Source of the DNA: a virus
Lineage: Duplodnaviria; Caudoviricetes
Strand: one strand, 5' to 3'
Virus record (IMG/VR): IMGVR_UViG_3300045996_000494
Location: 1-63,414 of that record
Length of the DNA stretch: 63,414 nucleotides
How positions within the stretch are numbered: position 1 is the stretch's first letter; each line of letters opens with the position of its first letter. Made by a program: the position numbers and the translations under genes. A model generated the notes under the pieces. That model ran no database searches, was not told where the DNA came from, and worked only from the letters and a program-made list of their open reading frames with translations. Positions 38,011-47,469 of this stretch are shown here, one piece after another.

Positions 38011-40070
38011 AATCCTCCTGTCATGGCGCGAGATGCGTTACCTTCTGGAACGCCCAAGTCCATGTTTTGTGGCCCGGCCACATCTCCTGTCGGTGGCGGC
38101 AGCATACCCGGAGCCGCCACGGGTGGCAAATCTTCTTCTGGGGGCACGATGTCGTCGTCGATGCCGACCGTGCTGGAGACCGAGCGGAGCAGCTTGGCGC
38201 GACCCTGCGGCCCCATGATCTGAAGGTCGAACGGGTTGGCTGTGGCGGTCAGAAGCTCGATCTGCCGGACCCGCGCCGTCTCGCGCTGAACAGCCACCTC
38301 AACGCCACGCACGCGAATAGTCTCATCACCCCGGAACGTCCCGCTCTGATCGGTGAGCATGATCATGTCGTAAAGCCCTTCGAGCAAGGGCTTGATCACG
38401 TCGTGGTCGATGTTCTGTGCAACCATCTGTAGGATTTTGGAGGCGTTGCCCATGAGCATCGCCAGCCCCGACGCAGTGCGGCCGGCCCCGCCGCCGGGGT
38501 TCGAGCCGCTCATGTAGCGCGGGATCGCCGAGAGATCGTCGGCAAGCCCCTGGAAGAAGCTGTAGACGCCGACCAGCTCCTGCGCGTGCGAGGGCGGGCT
38601 GAAGAAGTCCACCGGCTTGATCGAGCCGGTCTGCGGCACCATCGGGTCCGACTTAGTGCGCCAGCGCTTCCACGGGTACATGTCGTCCCCGCTTTCCAGA
38701 ATAGACAGCCGCTCCTCGTCGATGACCACCTGCGGCCCCGAGGCTATCGACAGGTTGTTCACCAGCGCACGGAGCGTAGCGTTGCAGACATCCTGAATGT
38801 CGGACAAGATGTCTGGGAGTGCGTTCCCAATAGGTGTCCCTGGAACTTTCTCGAAACTAGTGATATAGTAAGGATGACGCTTGCGAGGGTTGGGGGAAAT
38901 CTGTGCCTTGATTATGTACCGGCCAACCAACCACGCCTGAACGAAGTAATCACGCAGGGGGTCTGGAATTTCCTCTGCCGAGAAGCCATAATCGAGTAGG
39001 AGGCGCCCTTGGACGTTGCCATGAAATTCGGCGCAATCGATCATCCCCGACCGATTGAAATGAGGGTTCTCCCTGGACTCACCCTCCGCCCGTTCGCTGT
39101 CAGTGGAGTCCATCCAGTCCCCAGAGAGACCCCCACGTCCATAGTCGTCGAGCACTTTCTCGATGTTTGCCTTGTTGTATCCTGGGAGGTCCATGACATC
39201 GTTGAGGTCCGCACGGGTCAACCGCTGGCGCTCAATGACCGCCGCATCCTTGATATGCGACGCGCCGGGTGACCAGTAAATGTCGAACGGGCTCTTGCGC
39301 TCCCAGAACATCTTCGGCCGCTGTTGGGTGATCGGCTTGCCTTCCTGCCACACCACGTCCGGCACGACGCGGACGACCGGCCCCTTGATGCAGGCGAAGG
39401 GGAACAGGGGGATGTCGGTGATGAACTCGGTCAACGCCGAGTAGAAGCCCCCCTCGGACAGCCTATCGTCGAGCTTAGACTCCGCGACCTTGGCTTCCTT
39501 CGCAGCCTTTTTCTTAGCCGCCTTGCGCGCCGCAGAAATCAGCGAATTTGTGCGATCTCGCAGTGCGTTGATGTCGAGCTGCTGCCCTGCAGCGATCTGC
39601 GCCTGAGCCTCCATAGCGACCAGCGCCTGCACGTCCTGCATGATGTCGTCCGGCAGCACGGGCTCGGGCGACGGCTCCAGCCCCCATGGCTTGTCGGTCG
39701 TCAGATACACCTCGCGCAGGAGCGCGCTGGCGCCGCGGCATTTGAGGGCGATCACCCGCGCGTACACCTCCGACCCGCCGAACTGCTTGATCGACATGAG
39801 CTGGTCGGGATCGTACTTGCCGTTGAATACGCGCTGTGCGTGGATGAGGCGCTCGTTCCAGCCGGATGCGCTGTTGCGATGGTTGCGCATCACCTCCCAC
39901 TCGGTGCGAATGTGGCGAGCAAGCTCGTCCATCCGCGTGTCTTGATCGTCCGGCAGCGAAGCAGCCACAGTGGCGCGCTCGTGCTCCAGTAACCCCTGCG
40001 GGGTAACTACGCGCAGCAGCGGCGGGCCGGAGGGTGCCGTGGGCGGGGAAAGTGGGAGCGCAGTCGCCAT
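38007..40070 (-). CDS. Portal protein
   Basis: 687 aa; KGPVVR, SPFDIYW, NNLSIASGPQ and RTASGLAMLM motifs of podoviral portals. Confidence 0.85.
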   Translation of the reverse strand: MATALPLSPPTAPSGPPLLRVVTPQGLLEHERATVAASLPDDQDTRMDELARHIRTEWEVMRNHRNSASGWNERLIHAQRVFNGKYDPDQLMSIKQFGGSEVYARVIALKCRGASALLREVYLTTDKPWGLEPSPEPVLPDDIMQDVQALVAMEAQAQIAAGQQLDINALRDRTNSLISAARKAAKKKAAKEAKVAESKLDDRLSEGGFYSALTEFITDIPLFPFACIKGPVVRVVPDVVWQEGKPITQQRPKMFWERKSPFDIYWSPGASHIKDAAVIERQRLTRADLNDVMDLPGYNKANIEKVLDDYGRGGLSGDWMDSTDSERAEGESRENPHFNRSGMIDCAEFHGNVQGRLLLDYGFSAEEIPDPLRDYFVQAWLVGRYIIKAQISPNPRKRHPYYITSFEKVPGTPIGNALPDILSDIQDVCNATLRALVNNLSIASGPQVVIDEERLSILESGDDMYPWKRWRTKSDPMVPQTGSIKPVDFFSPPSHAQELVGVYSFFQGLADDLSAIPRYMSGSNPGGGAGRTASGLAMLMGNASKILQMVAQNIDHDVIKPLLEGLYDMIMLTDQSGTFRGDETIRVRGVEVAVQRETARVRQIELLTATANPFDLQIMGPQGRAKLLRSVSSTVGIDDDIVPPEEDLPPVAAPGMLPPPTGDVAGPQNMDLGVPEGNASRAMTGGL

Positions 40071-40131
40071 CGGCCCTCAACTATATTATGTTACGGCGAA
40101 ATCCAACCCATTAAGCCATGGATCGACCCAA

Positions 40132-40614
40132 ATGACAAATGTCGCCATCCCGGTTTCGGACATAGACCGCAAGATGCGGCTCGTCGCCAGAGAGCTGGCG
40201 GTTGACATCATGGAGCCGCAGACAATCGTTGAAAAGTTTGATCTGAGCATCGCTGAGTGGGACACGATTATTCAGCACCCTCAGTTCAAGGAAATGCTGA
40301 TTGAGGAGAAGGAGCGCTGGAACAGCTCCCTGAACACCCGCGAGCGAGTAGAATACAAGACATGGCAAATCCTTGAGGACGCCCTGCTCAAGTTCCAAGA
40401 GTACCTGCATTCCCCAGCCTTCAGCGACACTGCCAAGGTGCAGCTGCTCCAGGCCCTGCAGAAGCAGGTGGGCATTGGCCAGCGTGATGCTAACCCCGGC
40501 GCTGCAATGGGCGAGCGCTTCCAGATCACGATCAACATGGGGGGCGAAGTCAAAGTTGAACAAGATATTACCCCGCAAGGTAAGCTGATCGAGGGAGAGG
40601 TGGTGAACCCATGA
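40132..40614 (+). CDS. terS: Putative terminase small subunit
   Basis: 160 aa, ATGA-coupled to terL; C-terminal FQITINMG. Confidence 0.6.
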   Translation: MTNVAIPVSDIDRKMRLVARELAVDIMEPQTIVEKFDLSIAEWDTIIQHPQFKEMLIEEKERWNSSLNTRERVEYKTWQILEDALLKFQEYLHSPAFSDTAKVQLLQALQKQVGIGQRDANPGAAMGERFQITINMGGEVKVEQDITPQGKLIEGEVVNP

Positions 40615-42098
40615 GCGTACTGTCAGGCCCACTGACCAAAATCAGGTTCGACGCTCCCCCCACCGTCGGCGCGTTCATGCGCAGCCAGTCCTTCTTCCGG
40701 CTGATCGCCGGCCCGGTGGGCTCCGGCAAGACTACGGGCTGCATCTTCGAACTGCTGCGGCGTGCCATGGAGCAGGCGCCGGCGGCGGACGGGCTGCGCT
40801 ACACCCGCTTCGCCATCGTGCGCCAGACGCTGAAGCAGCTCAAGGACACGGTGCTCAAGGACATCGAGCAGTGGCTCAAGGGGCTGGTGGCGTACAAGGT
40901 CTCCGACAACACGGTGTACGTCCACTTTGGCGACGTGCGCTCCGAGTGGCTCCTGATCCCGCTCGATGACCCCGAGGACCAGCGCCGGCTCCTCTCGATG
41001 CAGCTGACGGGCGCGTGGCTCTCCGAGGCCATCGAGATGGACACCGACATCATCCCCCCGGTGCTCGGGCGCTGCGGCCGCTACCCCGGCATGGGCATGA
41101 AGCCGGACGCGCACGAAGGTCAGTGGCCAACGTGGTACGGCGCCATCGCCGACACCAACATGCCGTCCGAAGGTTCGAGCTGGCACAACCTCATGGAGGT
41201 GGAGACCCCTCCCGACTGGCAAATTTTTGTTCAGCCGGGCGGCATGGAGCCGAACGCGGAGAACATCGCCAACCTGCCCGGCGGACGCATCTACTACGAA
41301 CGCGCGTCACGCGGCCATTCGCCGGAATGGATTACCCGGTATGTTCACGCCCAATATGGACCGGACCCATCCGGCTCGGCGGTGTTTAGGAGCACCTTCA
41401 ACAGAAAGTTTCACACCGTTGCGCTGACAGATGAGGCGCGCGGTCGAGGCGATCAGTTTGCACTCAGCCCAACTCACGGCCTTCCCCTTATCGTCCTCCA
41501 AGACTTCGGACGTAACCCCTGCTCCCTGATTTGCCAGATAGACCATAAGGGCCGTGGCTTGGTCCTTCAGGAACTCGTAGCCGAAGATGTTGGACTGCAG
41601 CTGCACGTGCAGCAAGCGCTCGTCCCCGCGTTGAAAAATGACCGCTTCATTCGCCACAGCGTATATGTAGTGGGTGACCCAAGCGGACGGCAGAAGAATA
41701 CTTCCTACGAGGAGACTTCCTTCGATGTATTGAAGAACGCCGGTCTCCAAGCATTCCCAGCCCCAACGAATGCCATTGACCGTCGGATCAAAGCCGTAGA
41801 AAACATGCTCCTCCAGCAGCGCGACGGCGGTGCAGCACTGCTTATCGATGCGGATCAATGCCAAAAACTGGTAATGGCCCTCGCCGGTAAGTACCGGTTT
41901 GCTAAGCGAAAGAACGGACAACTTGCTAGCCTCCCAGAAAAGCTACACCCATGGAGCGATCTCGCAGACGATCTGCAGTACTTCTGTCTGGTTATCCAGG
42001 GGGGACTTCAGGAGTACATTGCAAACCGGATGAGTAATCAGATACGGGTGGCGCAGCTCGGTCCGCGGCAGCGTATTTCGCCACGTGCATGGACTTGA
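40611..42098 (+). CDS. terL: Terminase large subunit
   Basis: Walker A GPVGSGKT, WLSE, DTN.P coupling motif, nuclease QDFGRNP, GDPSG and SDLADDLQY. Confidence 0.92.
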   Translation: MSVLSGPLTKIRFDAPPTVGAFMRSQSFFRLIAGPVGSGKTTGCIFELLRRAMEQAPAADGLRYTRFAIVRQTLKQLKDTVLKDIEQWLKGLVAYKVSDNTVYVHFGDVRSEWLLIPLDDPEDQRRLLSMQLTGAWLSEAIEMDTDIIPPVLGRCGRYPGMGMKPDAHEGQWPTWYGAIADTNMPSEGSSWHNLMEVETPPDWQIFVQPGGMEPNAENIANLPGGRIYYERASRGHSPEWITRYVHAQYGPDPSGSAVFRSTFNRKFHTVALTDEARGRGDQFALSPTHGLPLIVLQDFGRNPCSLICQIDHKGRGLVLQELVAEDVGLQLHVQQALVPALKNDRFIRHSVYVVGDPSGRQKNTSYEETSFDVLKNAGLQAFPAPTNAIDRRIKAVENMLLQQRDGGAALLIDADQCQKLVMALAGKYRFAKRKNGQLASLPEKLHPWSDLADDLQYFCLVIQGGLQEYIANRMSNQIRVAQLGPRQRISPRAWT

Positions 42099-42690
42099 CC
42101 CCATCCAGCACGTACTGCTCGCAGGACATGGCTATGTAGGCTATGTATGCCTGCAGCATACGCATGCCGGCTTCGTCCCACTGGGTCACCGGTAGCCCCA
42201 CGTCGGCCCCCACGAGTCAGTAAGAGGACGCTTGTAGCCATTAGCCTGCATTAGCTGAAAGAGGATCGCGACCATAGCCAGCTCAGCCATCTCTGTTTCG
42301 TAACCAGCCAGCCGCCATGCGTCGGGGACGTAGCGGTTCAGGGTCATCTGGAGCGTGCGTTCGTTAGGGCAGTCAACTGCCTTCTCATCGCGTACCAGGC
42401 AAAAGTGAACTGTAACCACTTAGCCCTAGCGTACAGCCTATCGTTGCGATACAGCTCGTAGTCCAGCACGGTTAACCTTGCGGGGTAAGGCGGGGGAGAG
42501 CTACGCGGAGGGCGATCCATGCTCTCCCCCTACCCCGCGCCACCGGGGCAGTGTGGTGGCACAGGGGGTCTTGTTACAGGCGGGCCGGTCTCCATCCTTC
42601 CGGGTAGGAGTGCCCCAGGCGAGGCTCATTCCGTAGTCCGAGCCAAGCGATAGCCCCTGGGTGCCGGCAAACACAGCCCGCCTGTAGCTC

Positions 42691-43383
42691 TTACTTCTTG
42701 TAGTTCTTCGTCCGCGGGCGACCCTGCTTCTTGGCCGCTGCACGGTCGTTGCGGGCAAGGTGCTCGCCGACGGTCTCGTCTTTATGGCCCCGCGGCACGG
42801 GCTCGGCGACGCGCACCGGCTGCCCCTCGGCGTCTGCCGCGCCGCGGCGGATTTCTTGGTTGGCAGTGCCTGAGCGCTCCGCACCGCCGGAGACCTTGCG
42901 CTTGCGCGGGCTCTCCAGGGGGGCGTTCTCTGCCGCCTCGAAGTCTGCCTGACGCTCACTACCAGCAGCCATCTCCTCCTCGGTCTCGGGGGTGACGAAC
43001 CCCTCCTGGCCGACAGTGAGCTGCAGCGGGTCATCCTTGGCGAGGCGCTTTTTCTCCAGCTCCGCCCGCACCTGCTCGGTCAGCGGCAGGAAGCGGAAGG
43101 CGGCGGTGGCGCTGCGCTTCTCTTTCTTCACGGTCTCCCCACCGTCGATGGGGAACTCTTCGAGGATCACCTCCTCCTGCTCCAACGACTGGCGCGGCTC
43201 GTAAATCTGCACGAGGTACGGCCGGTTGTTGGGCGCCGTGATGATCATGCGGAAATCCGGGTCCGGCGCGGCGTTCTCGCCGGCAGGAGAGACACGAGCC
43301 GGGGCGACGCCCGCGGCGATCTTAGTCACCCGGCTTTGCGGGTTCTGTGACGAGGGCAGGGTCTGTGGTTCGATCCGCATCAT
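42691..43383 (-). CDS. Hypothetical protein
   Basis: AGGAG RBS, 230 aa, typical codon usage. Confidence 0.7.
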   Translation of the reverse strand: MMRIEPQTLPSSQNPQSRVTKIAAGVAPARVSPAGENAAPDPDFRMIITAPNNRPYLVQIYEPRQSLEQEEVILEEFPIDGGETVKKEKRSATAAFRFLPLTEQVRAELEKKRLAKDDPLQLTVGQEGFVTPETEEEMAAGSERQADFEAAENAPLESPRKRKVSGGAERSGTANQEIRRGAADAEGQPVRVAEPVPRGHKDETVGEHLARNDRAAAKKQGRPRTKNYKK

Positions 43384-43421
43384 AGTCTCCTAGGCGGCAG
43401 GGGAGCCGTTGCCGCGGCACT

Positions 43422-43598
43422 CTACGTGGTTTCACGAGCTTTGTCATCGCGCGCTTTTTTCTGCGCCTTGACAGCCTGCGCGTAGGTCGAGAACCAGCCG
43501 ATGCGCTCCCCGGTCTTGCGATCCTCCACAGAGAAGCCGTTACCGGGATCACAGATCGCAAAGCGGGCAGTGGAGGTGTTGCGGTATAAAGTGCTCAT
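43422..43598 (-). CDS. Small hypothetical protein (58 aa)
   Basis: MSTLYRNTSTARFAICDPGNGFSVEDRKTGERIGWFSTY...DKARETT; coupled to the HTH gene. Confidence 0.6.
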   Translation of the reverse strand: MSTLYRNTSTARFAICDPGNGFSVEDRKTGERIGWFSTYAQAVKAQKKARDDKARETT

Positions 43599-43879
43599 CA
43601 CGTGGTTTCCCGAGCTTTGTCAGCATAGTCGGCGCGGACCAGTCCGTCGTCGATCCATGACAAAACGTCGAGCTTGCGATAGTAGGTCTTTCGCCCAAGG
43701 TAGACGAACACGGGACCGGTGCCGGTCTGCCTCCACCCATTGAGGGTGTACTCGCTGATCTCCAGCATGGACGCCAACTCGCCGGGGGTCATCAGCCCCA
43801 GCTCGCGCCGGAGCTTCTCGCCCTGCGACGGGCTGCGTGATGTAGATGTTGTAGGGGTCTTTGACGGGGATCGGGACAT
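43598..43879 (-). CDS. Excisionase/AlpA-like winged-HTH DNA-binding protein
   Basis: LMTPGELASMLEISEYTLNGWRQTGTGPVFVYLGRKTYYRKLDVLSWI; GGAG RBS. Confidence 0.85.
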   Translation of the reverse strand: MSRSPSKTPTTSTSRSPSQGEKLRRELGLMTPGELASMLEISEYTLNGWRQTGTGPVFVYLGRKTYYRKLDVLSWIDDGLVRADYADKARETT

Positions 43880-44997
43880 AGCAGGTTGTCTCCATAACGT
43901 AGGCAACAGCCAAAGCCTGGGTCAGCAGCTCCGCGGCCCAAACATCAGTTTGCAGCAGCCAGACCTGAAAGAGGTTGAACCTTATGTCGGCACGCTCGTG
44001 CTGATCGCTCATTTCCGCAGCCCTCGTGCGAACTCCCATGTTCGCTCTTTGCCGGCCAGCTCTTCCCACTGCAGACTGGCCATGTTGTTGACCCACTCTG
44101 CAACGCGGCGCTGCCAGTCGTTCCACCAATAGTCGGCACGAAGCCAGGAGTCGGGGTTGGTCTGTGTCGGCATCACTTTACCTCAGATGGCCTGCGCTTC
44201 ACGCAGACCCTTGCGGATTTACCTCTCGGGGTAATTGGTACTGCTGACCGGGGGATGGCTTCAGAGATTTCCAATACATGAAGGCTATAAAAGACATATC
44301 GGTCAGCACGGCGGCATGGTTAAGTAGGTGGTACATTTCCCAGTCCATCAAATGGTCGGCAAACTCTGCTGTCTGATCCTGCCAGTGGACGGCACTGACA
44401 GCGTCGAGATCAAATGTGTACCATTCAAGCAAGTAGACCATTAGTCGTCCCAGAACCAACGCTCGGAGTGATCGAGCTGGATCATGCAATTGAACATAGC
44501 TATATCGGCAGCCCCCCAGTTGAAAAAGGGAAGATAATCTTCAAGAGTGAGGTGGTTCATTTCCACAATTTCTCCTGCTCTTGCCATATAGCATAATGGG
44601 CAAGCTGCCACATGCGACGCTGCAGCAAATTGTAATAGTAGCGGGAGAAGCGGGCGCGGTTCATAGCCACCCTCGCCACACAGCGACGACATGTGCTGCG
44701 TCCATCCCAAGCCCCGCCATTGCGCTGTCGAGCGCCACCTCCGCCACGTACCAGCATATATGGTCAAGCTGCGCAGAGTGGTAGATCATCGGTATGACAA
44801 CACGATATTCAGCTGTTCGTAGAGGGCATAGTCGGCAGTGGAGAGCTTCATCGCCTCCAGAATGGCGAGGTTGTGGTTGAAGGTCATTCGACTAACCGGT
44901 TCAGCTCGGCAAGAGTGCTACTCTGAGCAATCAGCCAGCAGATCGCCCGCAGCTCGATCAGGGTGGCAGTGGGGGGAGTGGGTACGGGCATGGGGGG

Positions 44998-45026
44998 TAT
45001 TTAGTGGCTCTCGATGGGGTTGTCAA
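44998..45026 (-). promoter_or_regulatory. Leftward sigma70-type promoter
   Basis: Minus strand TTGACA-17 nt-TAAATA, upstream of the leftward small-gene cluster. Confidence 0.55.
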
Positions 45027-45289
45027 GTGTTGGGGGAGTTTTCAGTGGGATAGGGTGGATTTTGGGAAAATTTTACTTTTTTATTGGGTGTGGTCGGTTG
45101 ACGCAGTTGGTGCTCAAATCGTCGATTGGGTGGCCTAGTAGGAATGAGACCAGGGGGAGGGGGGACGAAAATTTTTTGTTACATTAGGGTTTGGTAGGCT
45201 GGGTATTTTCAAGACACCCTAAAAGATGCCCGGCCCCCCACCCCGGCGCCTGTCCAGATACCCCCACGGGGGTCCCGACCCTTAATTCC

Positions 45290-45950
45290 TGCCGCCTATG
45301 GGGAGAGACCGAACCGCAAGTGCCTAGTGCCCCGGTTCAGCCCGAGCTTACTTTACGACGCCCCTTGGCGGGGCGTGCGGCCGGGTGCTACACAGGAAGC
45401 CAAGCGTGACGCGCAACCCACAGGGGCGCGTCGCCCGCAAGGCTATGCGGTACCGAGCCCCACAAGTTGCCTGAGACATGGCGGCGGGTCTCCCCGAAAC
45501 GAAACTCACACCCGTTGATATTGGCAAGGCATCACAGCAGACTACCTAACCGACCCTCGCGTTGGTGCTCGTAACCTCAAAGGCGCATCGCCCCGTATGT
45601 TGCGGCATCTCCAAAGGCTCTCGGCAGGACGTTGAGCGACCATGTGCTCGGAAACACATGGCCCATGACAGGAGCGAGGCACTAGCAACGCCTCCCCACG
45701 CAGCCTACTCGGCGGCGAGTTTAGGACTAGGCGTGAAAATGTCTCTCTTGCCGCGCCTTGCGCTGCATGCTTGGAACGCTGCCTCGCACTGTCCAGGGCT
45801 TGATTGCTTCAGACAGTGCGATGCGTTTCGGGCGGTGCGGTGCCCGACCAAGCGCGGCCCTGTTAGTTTCCCGACCGGGACATGGCGCAAGCTGTGTCCC
45901 GGTTGCTTTGCGTTGGCGTCACGGTCCTGCGGGACTGTGACACGCAACGC
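45290..45950 (+). ncRNA. Candidate large structured RNA or 5' leader
   Basis: At least ten consecutive stems, plus-strand G-U pairs, a GCAA tetraloop and no credible ORF. Confidence 0.6.
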
Positions 45951-45965
45951 AACCGGAGACTGACA

Positions 45966-46475
45966 ATGTCCAAGATGAACCTCTACACCACGGCTGCCGA
46001 GATCGCCGCCGCGACCATTAAGTTCACGAAGGCCAACGTGCGGCTCGAAACCGAGGCACACAAGTTGGCTTGCAGCGTGCTCGCTCACGTCGGCGAGTAT
46101 GGTGACATCCATGTTGTGTCGCGCTTCCTGGCCAGCTTCTCAGAGATGGCGCGTGTCAACGCTGCCCGTGCGTGGTTTGAAGAGTTCGGCCCCGTTACCT
46201 TCGAGGGTAACGAGCCCAAGTTCGTGCGAGGCAAGAAAACCCGCCTCGGCGAGGCGATGGACACGTTCTTCTGGAAGTTCGTGAAAGAAGGCGTGTACAA
46301 GCCGGTCGACCCACAGGCGGAGTTGGTCAAGCTCACCAAGCGCCTAAAGACCGACACCAAGAAAACCGGCACCGATCATTCTGCCATCATCGCCGCTCTG
46401 AGCGCGATTCGCGTCCAGATGCACACCCCTGCTCCGGCGCTGCTCATGATCGAGCACCAGCCGGCAGTTCACTGA
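45966..46475 (+). CDS. Conserved early phage protein
   Basis: GGAG RBS, 169 aa, strong codon bias, followed by a terminator. Confidence 0.8.
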   Translation: MSKMNLYTTAAEIAAATIKFTKANVRLETEAHKLACSVLAHVGEYGDIHVVSRFLASFSEMARVNAARAWFEEFGPVTFEGNEPKFVRGKKTRLGEAMDTFFWKFVKEGVYKPVDPQAELVKLTKRLKTDTKKTGTDHSAIIAALSAIRVQMHTPAPALLMIEHQPAVH

Positions 46476-46487
46476 GCGTTACTGAAT

Positions 46488-46517
46488 TGCGGCGGGCCTA
46501 TTGAGCCCGCCGCGTTT
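46488..46517 (+). terminator. Rho-independent terminator
   Basis: GCGGCGGGC-ctattga-GCCCGCCGC followed by GTTTGT. Confidence 0.7.
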
Positions 46518-46545
46518 GTCCCTTTGCGCAACAAAATTACACAGG

Positions 46546-47060
46546 TGATGTTTTATACATCAGTTCTGGGTGTGCAAACATCAGTCCTGGGTGTGCAAAC
46601 ATCAATCTTGATGTGCGCACCCCCCAAAGCTGATGTGCCAGACATCAACGGAGCGGCCCGCAAACGGGCGAAATAGGCCCAAAACGCCTATTTCGGCACG
46701 ATTTGTACTGAAAAAGGTAAGTAGGGCTGATTTTGGGAATTGATTGATGGACAAAAAACTCTAGAGATTACAGATAGATATAGATATATAATAATATAAA
46801 TAAGTAATACCTGTTTTCCTGCAACCTGATGGAACTCGCGGCGGCTTGATAGGCTCGCCCGCAATCCGTCCGCATGCCAGATATCTGCCCCTGTCTCCAT
46901 TTTTTGCAATTATATTTGTTACAATACCATAAGCCTATGAAATCATTGGGCTATTAAGATTGTACAAACGTTCGTATATTGCATTACATTCGCACAGTTA
47001 TGAAATCATTGAGCTTTTTCGTTTATATTATATATCCAAGCTCCGCCTATTCCACCCCTT
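46546..47060. other. Putative replication origin: 21-bp tandem repeats plus AT-rich tract
   Basis: Three 21-mers at 46557, 46578 and 46599; AT-rich tract at about 46760-46810; 13-bp repeat at 46936 and 46999. Confidence 0.55.
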
Positions 47061-47469
47061 CAACTCGTGGAATTATCATGCTGACACTCATCCGTCGCTT
47101 CTTCATCTACCGCGCTCGCTTGCGGTTATATAAGCACCCCGAGCTTTTGTGCGTGCAGGCTCGCCGCCAGATTTGGCTTGAGACCCTCTAACCCCGCGAG
47201 GTGAACGTGAAGCACCCCCACTACGAGAGTGACGCGGCTCGACAGCGCCGCGAAGCTCGTGAGCGTGCCGAGGACGAGGCGCGTGCCTATCTCGCCGCTC
47301 AACGCTCGCAACCCCAGCCGCGCCGCATCTGGCACAACGGCTGACCCCTTGGCCAGCTCGCCAGCCTATCTCGACCGCTGGTGCCTACGCCGTGGAGCTG
47401 GCCATTTTACGAGCAGGCGGCTGCGCGTGCCGCCGCATAACCCCATGAGGTGACTGCCATGTATATGTG

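Noticed and set aside
8065-40000. Many long plus-strand ORFs antisense to the structural genes
   Set aside because: Shadow frames expected from high GC3 codon bias; they lack RBSs and recognisable motifs
43598-43879. Excisionase as evidence of an integration module
   Set aside because: No tyrosine or serine recombinase was recognised, and this HTH family is common in non-integrating phages
45465-45510. Hammerhead ribozyme (CTGAGAC...GAAAC)
   Set aside because: The core should be CUGANGA, and the required flanking stems could not be built
46557-46619. CRISPR array (tandem 21-mers, plus a Cas4-like gene in the genome)
   Set aside because: The repeats abut with no spacers, and stand-alone Cas4-like nucleases are ordinary phage replication genes
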